A stretch of DNA of 32,000 nucleotides. It comes from Synechococcus sp. A15-28. GTDB lineage: Bacteria; Cyanobacteriota; Cyanobacteriia; PCC-6307; Cyanobiaceae. Location of the stretch: assembly GCF_014280175.1 (NCBI RefSeq), contig NZ_CP047931.1:90001-122000 (forward strand). The letters run 5' to 3'. Below the pieces are notes generated by a model, which worked only from the letters and a program-made list of their open reading frames with translations, made no database searches and was not told where the DNA came from. This document shows positions 17,413 to 28,456 of this stretch, piece by piece (position 1 is the stretch's first letter; each line of letters opens with the position of its first letter). The translations under genes and the position numbers were made by a program.

Positions 17413-18315
17413 TCACCTTAGATGCTGCTTGATCAGCGTCATCGCCTGATCAAGTTCTGTTGTGGTCTCCAGCCAGTGGGGTTGGTGCTGGCGGCGGAAC
17501 CACGTGCGCTGTCGCTTGGCGAACTGACGGGTGCGCTGGGTGGTGATCCGGTTCGCCTTCACAGGGCTCATCGTCCCCTGGATCAGCTGCAGGGCTTCGC
17601 TGTAACCGATGGTCTGCAGCAGCGGCAGATCAGCGCCGTAGCGCTCCGCCAGCTGCCGGGTCTCCTCCACCAGCCCATCGGCATAAAGCTGGTCGGTGCG
17701 CTGTTGGATGCGCTGGCGCAGGTTGGCCGGATCCAGCCCCAGTTCAAGCACCCGCCACGGCGGTGGGGCGACCGTGGCCTGGCTGCTCATGGGCCGACCG
17801 GTGGCGTACAGCACCTCCAGGGCCCGTTGGGTGCGAACGGCATCAGCGGGGGCGATCCTGGCGCCGGCTGTCGGATCGGCTTGCTGCAGCAGTGGGTGGC
17901 AGATCGCTTGACCGAGATGGCTCAGTTGCTCCCGCAGCTGCGCCTGCGGTGGCACCGCCGGTGGTTTGAGGCCGCTGGTGAGTGCCTTCAGATACAACCC
18001 GCTGCCTCCCACCAGCAGGGCCACGCCGCGCTGCTCCAGCTCATGGGCGATGCAGGGTTCGGCCTCCGCCTGAAATTCCTGCAGCGTGATCGGTTGATCG
18101 GGGTTGCGCAGATCCAGGAGGTGATGCGGGACCCTGGCTTGCTGCTGCGCCGTCGGTTTGGCGGTGCCCACGGTCATCTCCCGGTACAGCTGCCGGGAGT
18201 CCACGTTGATCACCGGCAGGTTCAGCCGTTCGGCAATCTCCAGGGAGAGGGCTGTTTTGCCGCTGGCGGTGGGTCCCAGCAACGTGATTACCAAGGGGTC
18301 CGGCTGCGTCAACAA
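17413..18315 (-). CDS. miaA: tRNA dimethylallyltransferase
   Basis: 300 aa. It has the P-loop [13 protein letters not shown], followed by [20 protein letters not shown] and HHLLD. Confidence 0.95.
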   Translation of the reverse strand: MLTQPDPLVITLLGPTASGKTALSLEIAERLNLPVINVDSRQLYREMTVGTAKPTAQQQARVPHHLLDLRNPDQPITLQEFQAEAEPCIAHELEQRGVALLVGGSGLYLKALTSGLKPPAVPPQAQLREQLSHLGQAICHPLLQQADPTAGARIAPADAVRTQRALEVLYATGRPMSSQATVAPPPWRVLELGLDPANLRQRIQQRTDQLYADGLVEETRQLAERYGADLPLLQTIGYSEALQLIQGTMSPVKANRITTQRTRQFAKRQRTWFRRQHQPHWLETTTELDQAMTLIKQHLR

Positions 18316-18390
18316 TCGAGCGGGGGTGCACCCCAGGATGGAACGGCGCTTGAGAGGCCTCTGGATGCCTCTATAGACAGCCGGTGGTAG

Positions 18391-20432
<2,042 letters not shown>

Positions 20433-20433
<1 letters not shown>

Positions 20434-20738
20434 TGGGTGCTGTTTTGCGCTGGAGCTGGCTGCTTGGGGTGGCGTTGATGGCTCCTGCGGCTCTGCCGGC
20501 CGGTGGTGGCGATAACCGTCAGCCCCAGCTGCGCCGACGCAGCGGCAGTGGTCCGTTGCATCTCAATGCCGAGTCGCCGTTGCAGGTGAGTCCCCTGGCG
20601 GTGGCGCCACGACTGCACACCTTGCCGGTGGGCACCTCGTTGCGTCTGCTGCGGCGTTGGTCCGGCTCCGAAGGCCGCGACTGGCTGCAGGTGCAGACCC
20701 TGGCTGGTGAGCAGCGCCGTGGCTGGATCCGCGCCTGA
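20433..20738 (+). CDS. Small secreted protein with a bacterial SH3-like domain
   Basis: 101 aa. The signal-peptide-like N-terminus is [19 protein letters not shown]. The C-terminus reads [37 protein letters not shown] (SH3b pattern ...W..V....G..GWi). The ATG overlaps the gyrB TGA by 1 nt (TGATG). Confidence 0.6.
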
Positions 20739-20739
20739 A

Positions 20740-21099
20740 GTGTTGCTGGTGGGTCTGGGGGCGATCCCCGGAGCCTGGCTGCGCCTGAAGGCCGTGAACC
20801 ACTTTGAGCCGATGGTGCCCAAGAAGCACTGGGGCACCTTTCTGGTGAATGTGATCGCTTCGTTTGCCCTCGGACTCGTCCTGGCACTTCAGGAGAGTTG
20901 TACGGCCAGCCGTGGTGTCGCCCTATTGATAGGGGTGGGTTTCTTCGGCAGCCTCAGCACCTTTTCCACCTTTGCGGTCGAGTTGCTGAACGAGTTGCGG
21001 GCTGGTCACGTCCTGGCTGCTGCCGTTCTGGCCCTGATCTCCATCCTGGCTGGGGTGCTGGCCGCTGCAGCTGGCTTCGGCCTGGGGGCCTATGGCTGA
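20740..21099 (+). CDS. crcB: Fluoride channel CrcB/FluC, copy 1
   Basis: Motifs are [15 protein letters not shown] and [18 protein letters not shown] at 20740, two nt after the upstream stop, gives a typical ~119-aa CrcB. The ORF is also open from an ATG at 20707. Confidence 0.85.
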   Translation: MLLVGLGAIPGAWLRLKAVNHFEPMVPKKHWGTFLVNVIASFALGLVLALQESCTASRGVALLIGVGFFGSLSTFSTFAVELLNELRAGHVLAAAVLALISILAGVLAAAAGFGLGAYG

Positions 21100-21517
21100 A
21101 CAGTCCTCCACGCTTCGCAGCGAACTCAATGAACTGCTGCTGGTGGCTGTCGGGGCTGTGCCCGGAGCCTTGCTGCGCTGGCAGGTGGCCCTGCATCTGG
21201 GGGATCAGAACCTGCTGGTGAACGTTCTGGGGGCTGCCTTGCTGGGATTACTGGCCGGCCTTCCCGCCGCGCCAAGGCGTCAGTTGCTGCTGGGCATCGG
21301 TTTCTGCGGCTCCCTCACCACCTTCAGCAGTTGGACCTTGGCGGTGGCTAAAGACTTTATGGCAGGGAACTGGGGTGAGGCGGTCGCTCTGCTCGGCCTC
21401 ACCCTGGGTCTTGGACTCGGGGGAGCTGCCCTGGGGTTCTGCCTGGGGCGTCGCTTCAGGCCGCCAGGGCCGCTTCGATCGGCGACTTCAGTTCCTCAGG
21501 GTCCACACCGCTCTTGA
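21092..21517 (+). CDS. crcB: Fluoride channel CrcB/FluC, copy 2
   Basis: Motifs are [15 protein letters not shown] and [14 protein letters not shown]. The start overlaps copy 1 by 8 nt (ATGGCTGA). The 3' tail overlaps the convergent peroxidase gene by 62 nt. Confidence 0.85.
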   Translation: MAEQSSTLRSELNELLLVAVGAVPGALLRWQVALHLGDQNLLVNVLGAALLGLLAGLPAAPRRQLLLGIGFCGSLTTFSSWTLAVAKDFMAGNWGEAVALLGLTLGLGLGGAALGFCLGRRFRPPGPLRSATSVPQGPHRS

Positions 21518-21929
21518 AGCGGGCGATCACGGTGCCGTCCTTGCCCACGAGGAACTTCTCGAAGTTCCAGGCCACATCACCGGCGGGCTCCATCTGGTTG
21601 AGAGTCGTGTAGGGCTCGGAGGTGCTGCCCATGGCGTGCACCTTCTCGAACAGCTCAAAGTCGGCGCCGTAGGTGGTGGAGCAGAAGCTCTTGATCTCGT
21701 CGAGGGTGCCGGGCTCCTGACCACCGAAGTCGTTGCAGGGGAAACCCAGCACCGCCAGGCCCTTGTCGGCGTAGGCCGCGTTGAGGGCCTGCAGGCCGGC
21801 GTACTGCTTGGTGAAGCCGCAGCGGCTGGCCACATTCACGATCAGGAGCACCTTGCCGGCGTAGTCACCCAGGGATTTGCTGCTGCCGTCGGGGGTGTTG
21901 ACGGTCACGGTGCTGACGCTGATCGCCAT
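21456..21929 (-). CDS. gpx: Glutathione peroxidase-family protein (Cys type)
   Basis: 157 aa. Motifs are LLIVNVASRCGFTKQY, LGFPCNDFGGQEPG and WNFEKFLVGKDG. The active site is Cys, not a TGA/Sec codon. Confidence 0.93.
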   Translation of the reverse strand: MAISVSTVTVNTPDGSSKSLGDYAGKVLLIVNVASRCGFTKQYAGLQALNAAYADKGLAVLGFPCNDFGGQEPGTLDEIKSFCSTTYGADFELFEKVHAMGSTSEPYTTLNQMEPAGDVAWNFEKFLVGKDGTVIARFKSGVDPEELKSPIEAALAA

Positions 21930-22002
21930 GGCTGAACAAGGGAAGTTGCCGCGAGGTTAACCGGCTGTAACGGCCATACACTTGGTCGCCGGCTGGTGAG
22001 CG

Positions 22003-23463
22003 ATGACTGAGGGAACCGGGCTGACTACAGCGGGCGTCACCGTGGAACATCACCTGCTGGCGGAGGTGGTGACCCGGCAGCTCGAGGCGATGCTCAGCGT
22101 CGGCAATTACGACGCGGTGAAGCTGCTGCTGGAGCCGGTGCAGCCGGTGGACGTGGCCGAAGCGATCGGCAATCTTCCTCAGAACCTCCAGGCCATTGCC
22201 TTTCGTCTGCTCAGCAAGGACGAGGCCATCAGTGTTTACGAGTACCTCGACACCGTCACCCAGCAGAACCTGCTGAGCCTGCTGCGCTCTGGCGAGATGC
22301 AGGAGGTGATGGAAGAGATGTCGCCCGACGACCGGGCGCGGCTGTTCGAGGAGCTGCCGGCGAAGGTGGTGCGTCAGCTGCTGGACCAGCTCAGCCCGGA
22401 GGAGCGCAAGGTCACCGCGGAGCTGCTCGGCTACGAGGCCGAAACCGCCGGTCGTCTGATGACGACTGAGTACATCGCCCTGAAGGAAAACCAGACCGCC
22501 CTTGAGGCCCTCGACATCGTGCGTCGGCGCGCCCGCGACACCGAAACCATCTATTCCCTGTACGTCACCGACACCGAACGGCGGCTCACTGGCATCCTGT
22601 CCCTGCGGGATCTGGTGACCGCTGATCCCCACACCCTGATCCGCGATGTGATGACGGAGGAGGTGCTCAGCGTTCGCACCGACACCGATCAGGAGAAGGT
22701 GGCCCGCACGATCCAGCGTTACGACTTCCTGGCGGTGCCCGTGGTGGACCTGGAGCAACGGCTGGTGGGGATCGTCACCGTCGACGACGTCATCGACGTG
22801 ATCGAGCAGGAGGCCACCCGCGATCTGTACGCCGCCGGCGCTGTACAGGCTGGCGACGAGGACGACTACTTCAGCAGCAATCTGTTCACCGTGGCCCGCC
22901 GCCGGGTGGTGTGGCTCGCGGTGTTGGTGGTGGCCAGCTTCTTCACGTCCGAGGTGATCGCCGCCAATGAGGAGGTGCTCCAGAAGGTGGTGCTGCTGGC
23001 GGCTTTCATTCCCCTGCTGGGCGGAACAGGGGGGAACGTGGGGGCCCAGAGTTCCACCGTGGTGATCCGTGGCCTGAGCACTCAGAGCATCAGCGCCCTT
23101 GGACCGTTGAAGGCGGTGGGTCGTGAGGCGATGGCCGGAGCGTTGCTGGGAATCCTGATGATGATCCTGGTGGTGCCCTTCGCCTGGTGGCGGGGTGAAA
23201 GCCCCCTGGTGGGGTTGTCGGTGGGGATGAGCCTGCTGGCGATCACCACCCTGGCGGCCACCGCTGGCGCGGCCTTTCCGCTGCTGTTCGATCGGATGGG
23301 GTTGGATCCGGCGCTGATGTCTACCCCGTTCATCACCACCTGCACGGACGTGGCCGGCACCCTGATCTATCTCAAGACAGCCGAATGGCTGCTGGTGCAC
23401 CTGCCGCAGCAGCTCACGGCCACAGGTATTTCTACCCAAATCGCCCCAGCCTGGCTTTCCTGA
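22003..23463 (+). CDS. mgtE: Magnesium transporter MgtE
   Basis: 486 aa. It has the MgtE N-domain, a CBS pair (MTTEYIALKENQTALEAL...; LAVPVVDLEQRLVGIVTVDDVIDV) and a C-terminal membrane domain (IPLLGGTGGNVGAQSS...). Confidence 0.95.
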   Translation: MTEGTGLTTAGVTVEHHLLAEVVTRQLEAMLSVGNYDAVKLLLEPVQPVDVAEAIGNLPQNLQAIAFRLLSKDEAISVYEYLDTVTQQNLLSLLRSGEMQEVMEEMSPDDRARLFEELPAKVVRQLLDQLSPEERKVTAELLGYEAETAGRLMTTEYIALKENQTALEALDIVRRRARDTETIYSLYVTDTERRLTGILSLRDLVTADPHTLIRDVMTEEVLSVRTDTDQEKVARTIQRYDFLAVPVVDLEQRLVGIVTVDDVIDVIEQEATRDLYAAGAVQAGDEDDYFSSNLFTVARRRVVWLAVLVVASFFTSEVIAANEEVLQKVVLLAAFIPLLGGTGGNVGAQSSTVVIRGLSTQSISALGPLKAVGREAMAGALLGILMMILVVPFAWWRGESPLVGLSVGMSLLAITTLAATAGAAFPLLFDRMGLDPALMSTPFITTCTDVAGTLIYLKTAEWLLVHLPQQLTATGISTQIAPAWLS

Positions 23464-23515
23464 GAGCTCGTTTACGTTTCTTAGGAGTACTCTTTACATA
23501 ACTAAAAGAAGCGTC

Positions 23516-24514
23516 ATGGCTCGTGCTGCCGCAACTGCTTCAAAACCTGCTTCTGCTGCCCGCAGCGTCAGTGTGGACGTTGATCTGGTTCGCTCCTATC
23601 TGCGTGACATTGGCAGGGTTCCCCTGCTCACCCACGAGCAAGAGATCACCCTTGGACGCCAGGTTCAGGATCTGATGGATCTTGAGGCCCTCCAGTCCGA
23701 ACTGGAAAGCCGTGACGGCGATAAGCCCTCTGCCGACATGTTGGCCAAGGCATCCGGTCTCACGTCCCTTCAGCTCAAGCGCAAGCTTCAGCACGGTCGA
23801 CGTGCCAAAGAGCGGATGGTCGCGGCCAACCTCCGTTTGGTGGTGAGCGTCGCCAAGAAGTACACCAAGCGGAACATGGAGCTTCTGGATCTGATCCAGG
23901 AGGGCACCATCGGATTGGTGCGTGGTGTGGAGAAATTTGACCCCACCCGTGGCTACAAATTTTCCACCTACGCCTACTGGTGGATTCGTCAGGGCATCAC
24001 TCGGGCGATTGCTGAGAAGAGCCGCACCATCCGGCTGCCCATTCACATCACCGAGATGTTGAACAAGCTGAAAAAGGGCCAGAGGGAGCTCAGCCAGGAG
24101 CTGGGTCGCACGCCCACGGTTTCGGAACTGGCTGAATTCGTTGAACTGCCTGAGGATGACGTCAAAGATCTGATGTGCCGCGCCCGCCAGCCGGTTAGCC
24201 TTGAAATGAAGGTTGGAGATGGTGACGACACCGAGCTGCTCGAGCTTCTGGCTGGTGATGGAGATCTTCCCAGCGATCAGGTGGAGGAAGACTGCATGAA
24301 GGGAGATCTACGTAGCCTGTTGGGTCAACTCCCCCATCTCCAGGAGCAGGTGCTGCGGATGCGTTACGGCATGGATGGCGAAGACCCGATGAGCCTCACC
24401 GGTATTGGCCGGATTCTGGGCATGAGCCGCGATCGGGTTCGCAACCTGGAGCGCGATGGTCTGGCCGGTCTGCGCCGAGTGAGCGATCAGGTGGAGGCCT
24501 ATGTGGCTTGTTGA
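23516..24514 (+). CDS. RNA polymerase sigma factor, sigma70 family, group 2
   Basis: 332 aa. Motifs are VRSYLRDIGRVPLLTHEQE, ANLRLVVSVAKKY, LDLIQEGTIGLVRGVEKFD, YAYWWIRQGITRAI and the region 4.2 segment SLTGIGRILGMSRDRVRNLE. It is short, with no long region 1.1, which points to group 2. Confidence 0.95.
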   Translation: MARAAATASKPASAARSVSVDVDLVRSYLRDIGRVPLLTHEQEITLGRQVQDLMDLEALQSELESRDGDKPSADMLAKASGLTSLQLKRKLQHGRRAKERMVAANLRLVVSVAKKYTKRNMELLDLIQEGTIGLVRGVEKFDPTRGYKFSTYAYWWIRQGITRAIAEKSRTIRLPIHITEMLNKLKKGQRELSQELGRTPTVSELAEFVELPEDDVKDLMCRARQPVSLEMKVGDGDDTELLELLAGDGDLPSDQVEEDCMKGDLRSLLGQLPHLQEQVLRMRYGMDGEDPMSLTGIGRILGMSRDRVRNLERDGLAGLRRVSDQVEAYVAC

Positions 24515-24539
24515 GGCCTCTTTAAGCTTGAGCTAGAGC

Positions 24540-25235
24540 TCTGGCCAATGGTTTGAAACGCCAACTGCAGTTCGTTCATGTTGGTAAGTGTGGGGGCTCC
24601 ACTGTCAAAAAGCTCCTTCCAACTTCTCCTGTCGTCAAAAAACAATACTCTTCATTCTTTGAGTCACACATCAACGGCGTAGTTGTTGATTCGAATTGTG
24701 ATTATCTGTTTTGCCTGCGTAACCCGATTAGCAGAGCTTTTTCGGCTTTCGAGTGGCGTAGAAAGCTTGTTCTTGAGGACGAGCTTCCTGATCAAGTTCG
24801 ACGCTTTCCTGGCGAGAGAAAGGTTCTGCGCAAATACTTGAGTTTAGGTGCGATGGCGCGATCTCTCTACCGGCCAGATGGAAGACTTGACCAGGTTGTG
24901 GCTAGAGATTTTCGCAGCGTTCATCATTTGCGTGAGTCAATATCTTTTTACTGTCAACCTCTGTTGGGTGTGCTCACCCCAGGCAATATTTTTGGTGTTG
25001 TTTGTCAGGAGACCTTGGCTTCTGATTGCGAAAGAGTATTGCGTGTTGATGTGTCAGAGGTCCGGGAGCGCAGCAATGTATCAAAGAGGCAGATCGAGCA
25101 AGATCTTGATGCCGCAGCAATAAATAATCTGAGAAGATTCCTCGTTGAGGATTACCAATGTGTTGCAGCGCTTTGGAGCCTTGGGGCGCTGAGCCAAAAG
25201 CAGTTTTGGAGTGTCATGACGAAGGTAGTTTAGGG
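24540..25235. other. AT-enriched islet II (one sulfotransferase-like gene)
   Basis: Hand counts give 22/60 G+C for 24601-24660 and 24/60 for 24901-24960. The flanking sigma-factor and hydrolase genes have a visibly higher GC content. Confidence 0.55.
24553..25233 (+). CDS. Sulfotransferase-family protein (Sulfotransfer_2-like)
   Basis: 226 aa with a TTG start. The 5'-PSB loop is FVHVGKCGGSTVKKLL, and the 3'-PB motif is FCLRNPISRAFSAFEW (R-x-P-x-x-R-x-x-S). The 3' end overlaps the convergent hydrolase gene by 20 nt. Confidence 0.6.
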   Translation: MKRQLQFVHVGKCGGSTVKKLLPTSPVVKKQYSSFFESHINGVVVDSNCDYLFCLRNPISRAFSAFEWRRKLVLEDELPDQVRRFPGERKVLRKYLSLGAMARSLYRPDGRLDQVVARDFRSVHHLRESISFYCQPLLGVLTPGNIFGVVCQETLASDCERVLRVDVSEVRERSNVSKRQIEQDLDAAAINNLRRFLVEDYQCVAALWSLGALSQKQFWSVMTKVV

Positions 25236-26140
25236 AGAGGCGATGTCAGTGCTTTGAGCAAAGCCTGATTGGTTGTATTCGGTGCCTCGTCATGGGGACA
25301 GTGTCCGGCACCTTGTATCACTGTGAGCGAGCGCACGCAATCGATGGTTTCTTTCCATCGCTGTGCTTCAGGTAATGGCTCCCAGGGATCCTTGTCCCCC
25401 CAAACCATATCCACCGGAATCGAGAGGTCCTGCATCAATTGTGGGGCGAGATAGTCGTCGAACAAGTTGATGAAGCCACGAAAGGCTTCGGCCGCCCCAT
25501 CGCGTTGGGTGGGTTGGTACAGCAAGTTGATCAGCTCGTCGTCGATGTTGCTGCCACTGGGGTAGGCCTGCTTCAACACTCTGCGGATCACGCCAGGCCG
25601 TGCCGCATTGCGGAATAGGACTGTGCTGAGCCAACGCTGACGCACCATCGTTTTCAGCAGCGGTCGGATCCAGGCCATCCAGGCTGGCTGTGCGGCCAGC
25701 TGTTTGTCATCCATCAAGCGCTGGGCGCAGTCGATCAGTACAACGCCTTGGCAACGGTCTCCAAGTAGTTGTGCCGCTCGTAGAGCCACGACCCCGCCGA
25801 TGGAATTGCCCACCAAGTGCACCGGCCGATCGATCACCTCATGGCAGAAGTCGGCCACCTGCTGGCCCCAGAGGTCAAAGCTGTAATGAACGTAAGCTCC
25901 GCTGTCTTGTTCATCTTTCAATCTGGCTCGGGGTTGATCGCTGCGCCCGAAACCGAGCAGATCAATGGCATAAGTGGGCGCCTGTTTAGCCAGCACCGGT
26001 TGGTTGAAGCGCCAATGATTTGTGTTGGCTCCGAAGCCATGAATTAATAATGTTGCGGAGGCATTGTTACTGTTATTAATTACGTTCCAGTTTATTGAGT
26101 AACCTCTCCAGGTCCAGCATTCAAAATTACGATTTTGCAT
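25214..26140 (-). CDS. Alpha/beta-fold hydrolase
   Basis: 308 aa. It has the oxyanion region LLIHGFGAN, the nucleophile elbow LVGNSIGGVVAL (G-x-S-x-G) and the C-terminal His region GAGHCPHDE. The first ~30 codons (about 26040-26140) are AT-rich, unlike the rest of the gene. Confidence 0.85.
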   Translation of the reverse strand: MQNRNFECWTWRGYSINWNVINNSNNASATLLIHGFGANTNHWRFNQPVLAKQAPTYAIDLLGFGRSDQPRARLKDEQDSGAYVHYSFDLWGQQVADFCHEVIDRPVHLVGNSIGGVVALRAAQLLGDRCQGVVLIDCAQRLMDDKQLAAQPAWMAWIRPLLKTMVRQRWLSTVLFRNAARPGVIRRVLKQAYPSGSNIDDELINLLYQPTQRDGAAEAFRGFINLFDDYLAPQLMQDLSIPVDMVWGDKDPWEPLPEAQRWKETIDCVRSLTVIQGAGHCPHDEAPNTTNQALLKALTSPLPKLPSS

Positions 26141-26960
26141 TCCAGTTGATCCTTTTTTGGAGTCCGATATTAGCTAAAAGTGGGCTGTCCCTAAGGCTGC
26201 TGTTAGTGTTTTCGTAATCCAGAATTTTATATCCATAAAACTTTAGCAATTTTTTGCTATGCTTGAGATGGTGATTTGCTTCTTCTAGGCCGTCCAATCC
26301 TAAAAAACTCAAATGTCTAGGGGTCATGTCTATAATACATTGAATTGGAAAATTTTTTTTACCCCTTAATTTGTTATTCCGATTTAGCTTCAAATGTTTT
26401 TTTTCGAGCCTCAGCATGGAAATCAGATTTTCTGGATTTTTGCAGAAATGTTCATAAGAAATGAATGGTATATTAGGAAAATTTTCTATATTTTGTTTTT
26501 GAATGAGAGCTCTCTTGATCCATCTCATTGTTGCGCAATTTATTGCATTTTTTATATCCATCCCTTCCATATAGTTTTCGACATTTGAACTTATGTACGA
26601 GTATGGTGAGCTTATGGAAAGAATAGATCTGTGATGCGGGAAAGTGTCTGTAATTGGCTTTATTCTCAATAAGTTCGGTGGGCTACATTCTATGAATATT
26701 TTCTTGTGATGTTTTTTCGCATAGCTGCTCCATATGGTTTTGATTTTTGACCAGTCAAATTTTTGGTTTTGATCCCATTTTTTTATGCTCATGATTCTCT
26801 TTGCTTCTGGTATTGCCTGGCCTTCATTGTTGCCATATTCTGGCAAGTAGCTGTTTGATATGCAGTTATTAATGTACTGACTCATTATAGTTGTGCCTGA
26901 ATTATTGAGGGAAAATATGAATATGAAAAAGGTGTCGTCTGAGTATTGATGGCTGTCCAT
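26127..26960 (-). CDS. Sulfotransferase-like P-loop protein
   Basis: 277 aa. The N-terminus FFIFIFSLNNSGTTIMSQY resembles the PAPS 5'-PSB loop (x-x-S-G-T-T). Overall size and position fit small cytosolic sulfotransferases, but the 3'-PB motif is not clear. The stop overlaps the hydrolase start region by 14 nt. Confidence 0.5.
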   Translation of the reverse strand: MDSHQYSDDTFFIFIFSLNNSGTTIMSQYINNCISNSYLPEYGNNEGQAIPEAKRIMSIKKWDQNQKFDWSKIKTIWSSYAKKHHKKIFIECSPPNLLRIKPITDTFPHHRSILSISSPYSYISSNVENYMEGMDIKNAINCATMRWIKRALIQKQNIENFPNIPFISYEHFCKNPENLISMLRLEKKHLKLNRNNKLRGKKNFPIQCIIDMTPRHLSFLGLDGLEEANHHLKHSKKLLKFYGYKILDYENTNSSLRDSPLLANIGLQKRINWNAKS

Positions 26961-27027
26961 TTTTATCGAATCCTAAGTTGCATAGGAGTCATTGGTTTTG
27001 ATAATAATTTCTCGTTGCTGCGTTTTC

Positions 27028-27045
27028 ACCGGCATTTATGCCGGT
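27028..27045. other. Perfect hairpin ACCGGCAT-TT-ATGCCGGT at the right edge of islet III
   Basis: 27028-27035 and 27038-27045 are exact reverse complements (an effective 7-bp stem with a 4-nt loop). There is no strong U-tract on either strand. Confidence 0.3.
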
Positions 27046-27349
27046 TATGCGCCACCCCAAGCACCAATGTTATGGCCAACACCACTCCTCCAAAGATGAC
27101 CGTGCCCGGGTTGTTGGTCGTGGGCTTTATCTCTGTTAATCAGTACTAGTAGTAGAAAGCCGGTAACGCTGCGGTGGTAGTCATCAGGATCGGCTTCAGC
27201 CGGATTCGACGGATCGCACCGTCGCCTCGGTGATGCGTAATCGCTGCTCGTGCTTATGGTCGACTATCTCCACGATGTGCTGGTCCTTGGCAATTCAGTG
27301 ACGTTTGAACCTGGCGCGGACACAGCACGGTTTGAACTTCCCATCGTTG

Positions 27350-28456
27350 ATGCCTAAGCAGCCTTTCCCTGTGCCGGTGCTCGCTGAAGCGTTGCTCACC
27401 TGGTGGGGCGAACAGGGTCGGCGTGGGATTCCCTGGAAGCTCTTGACCGATGGCGCGCCCCCGGTTCTCGAACAAGATCTCGACCCTTACGGCATCTGGA
27501 TCGCGGAGGTGATGCTGCAGCAGACCCAGTTGGCGGTGGTACTTCCCTACTGGGAGCGTTGGATGACAGCGTTCCCCACAGTTGAGGCTCTGGCTGCTGC
27601 ATCTCTTGAGGAGGTGCGGTTGCAGTGGCAGGGGCTCGGTTACTACTCGCGGGCTCGCCGGTTGCATGAGGCGGCGCAGCGGTTGGTGGGCGGGCCTTGG
27701 CCCCGCAGCTTGGAGGGCTGGATGGCCTTGCCGGGCATCGGTCGCACCACCGCCGGCAGCATTCTGTCCAGTGCCTTCAATGCTTCACTGCCGATTCTGG
27801 ATGGCAATGTCAAACGGGTGCTGGCGCGATTGACGGTATATCCGCGCCCGCCGGCTCGCGATGACGCTTTGTTTTGGAGCTGGAGTGAGGCTTTGCTCGA
27901 TCCGTTGCGGCCGCGGGACACCAACCAGGCCTTGATGGATCTGGGGGCCACGGTTTGCACCCCTCGCCAGCCGGACTGCCACCGCTGCCCCTGGCAATCC
28001 CACTGCGCTGCCTACGCTTCCGGCGATCCTTGCCGCTGGCCCATGACCGACGCCCCGAAGCCCCTGCCCTTTCAAGTGATCGGTGTGGGCGTTGTGCTCA
28101 ACGTGGCGGGGGAAGTGTTGATCGACCAGCGTCTGGAGGAAGGTTTGCTGGGGGGGATGTGGGAGTTCCCCGGCGGCAAACAGGAGAAAGACGAAACGAT
28201 CGAAACCTGTATCGCTCGCGAACTTAAGGAGGAACTCAGCATTGCGGTGACGGTCGGCGATGAACTGATCACTGTTGATCACGCCTTTAGCCACAAGAAG
28301 CTGCGCTTTGTGGTCCATCTCTGCAATTGGGAGTCGGGGGAGCCGCAGCCTCTTGCCAGTCAACAGGTGCGTTGGGTGCGTCCGGATGACCTGAAGAACT
28401 TCGCCTTCCCAGCGGCCAACGCAAAGATCATTGCGGCGTTGCTGGCTCGCCGATGA
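27350..28456 (+). CDS. mutY: A/G-specific adenine DNA glycosylase MutY
   Basis: The ORF opens at a TTG at 27305, and the first ATG is at 27350. Motifs are PYGIWIAEVMLQQTQ, LGYYSRARRLH, the HhH segment LPGIGRTTAGSILS and the 4Fe-4S cluster C-x6-C-x2-C-x5-C (CTPRQPDCHRCPWQSHC). The C-terminal NUDIX-like domain reads GGMWEFPGGKQEKDETIETCIARELKEEL. Confidence 0.93.
   Translation: MPKQPFPVPVLAEALLTWWGEQGRRGIPWKLLTDGAPPVLEQDLDPYGIWIAEVMLQQTQLAVVLPYWERWMTAFPTVEALAAASLEEVRLQWQGLGYYSRARRLHEAAQRLVGGPWPRSLEGWMALPGIGRTTAGSILSSAFNASLPILDGNVKRVLARLTVYPRPPARDDALFWSWSEALLDPLRPRDTNQALMDLGATVCTPRQPDCHRCPWQSHCAAYASGDPCRWPMTDAPKPLPFQVIGVGVVLNVAGEVLIDQRLEEGLLGGMWEFPGGKQEKDETIETCIARELKEELSIAVTVGDELITVDHAFSHKKLRFVVHLCNWESGEPQPLASQQVRWVRPDDLKNFAFPAANAKIIAALLARR

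Larger units (their letters stand above)
26040..27060. other. AT-rich islet III (one sulfotransferase-like gene plus flanks)
   Basis: A hand count gives 21/60 G+C for 26401-26460. The low-GC tract begins inside the 5' end of the hydrolase gene and ends near the hairpin at 27028-27045. Confidence 0.6.

Noticed and set aside
17422-18390. 322-aa plus-strand ORF
   Set aside because: It is antisense to miaA, which has the P-loop GPTASGKT and a conserved core. Its composition is rich in G, L, Q and R, and no family resemblance is visible.
20700-20745. Expected fluoride riboswitch (crcB motif) upstream of the crcB genes
   Set aside because: crcB-1 starts within 2 nt of the preceding ORF, or even overlaps it, so there is no untranslated leader to hold a ~60-nt aptamer.
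21865-23439. 524-aa minus-strand ORF, the longest unassigned ORF in the track
   Set aside because: It lies entirely antisense to mgtE, whose CBS and membrane-domain motifs are unambiguous. Its translation is a low-complexity run rich in H, Q, G, R and D (e.g. GHHQDHHQDSQQRSGHRLTTHRLQRS) with no recognisable domain. This is a typical stop-poor antisense frame in high-GC DNA.
27084-27090. ACTCCTC, matching the first 7 nt of the cyanobacterial Yfr1 sRNA core motif (ACUCCUCACAC)
   Set aside because: The motif is incomplete (ACTCCTCCAAAG), and it is not flanked by the two tight stem-loops that define Yfr1. The downstream pairing is weak and includes a G-U pair and a 14-nt loop.
26946-27149. 67-aa plus-strand ORF spanning the islet III boundary
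   Set aside because: As a whole it crosses the AT/GC junction and the hairpin, starts antisense to the sulfotransferase-like gene start, and shows no motif. Only its last 25 codons (ATG at 27072) are kept, as a low-confidence small-ORF candidate in the findings.
27202-27212. GGATTCGACGG, identical to the conserved 5' element of tmRNA (GGAUUCGACGG in E. coli ssrA). Marine picocyanobacteria are known to have permuted two-piece tmRNA genes.
   Set aside because: I found no GGGG-type acceptor strand upstream and no T-arm (GGTTCGAnTCC) or CCA-ending acceptor piece nearby. There is also no Ala-started tag ORF ending in hydrophobic-Ala-Ala followed by a stop. An 11-nt match alone is probably coincidental. 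An Infernal scan with the tmRNA models would settle it.
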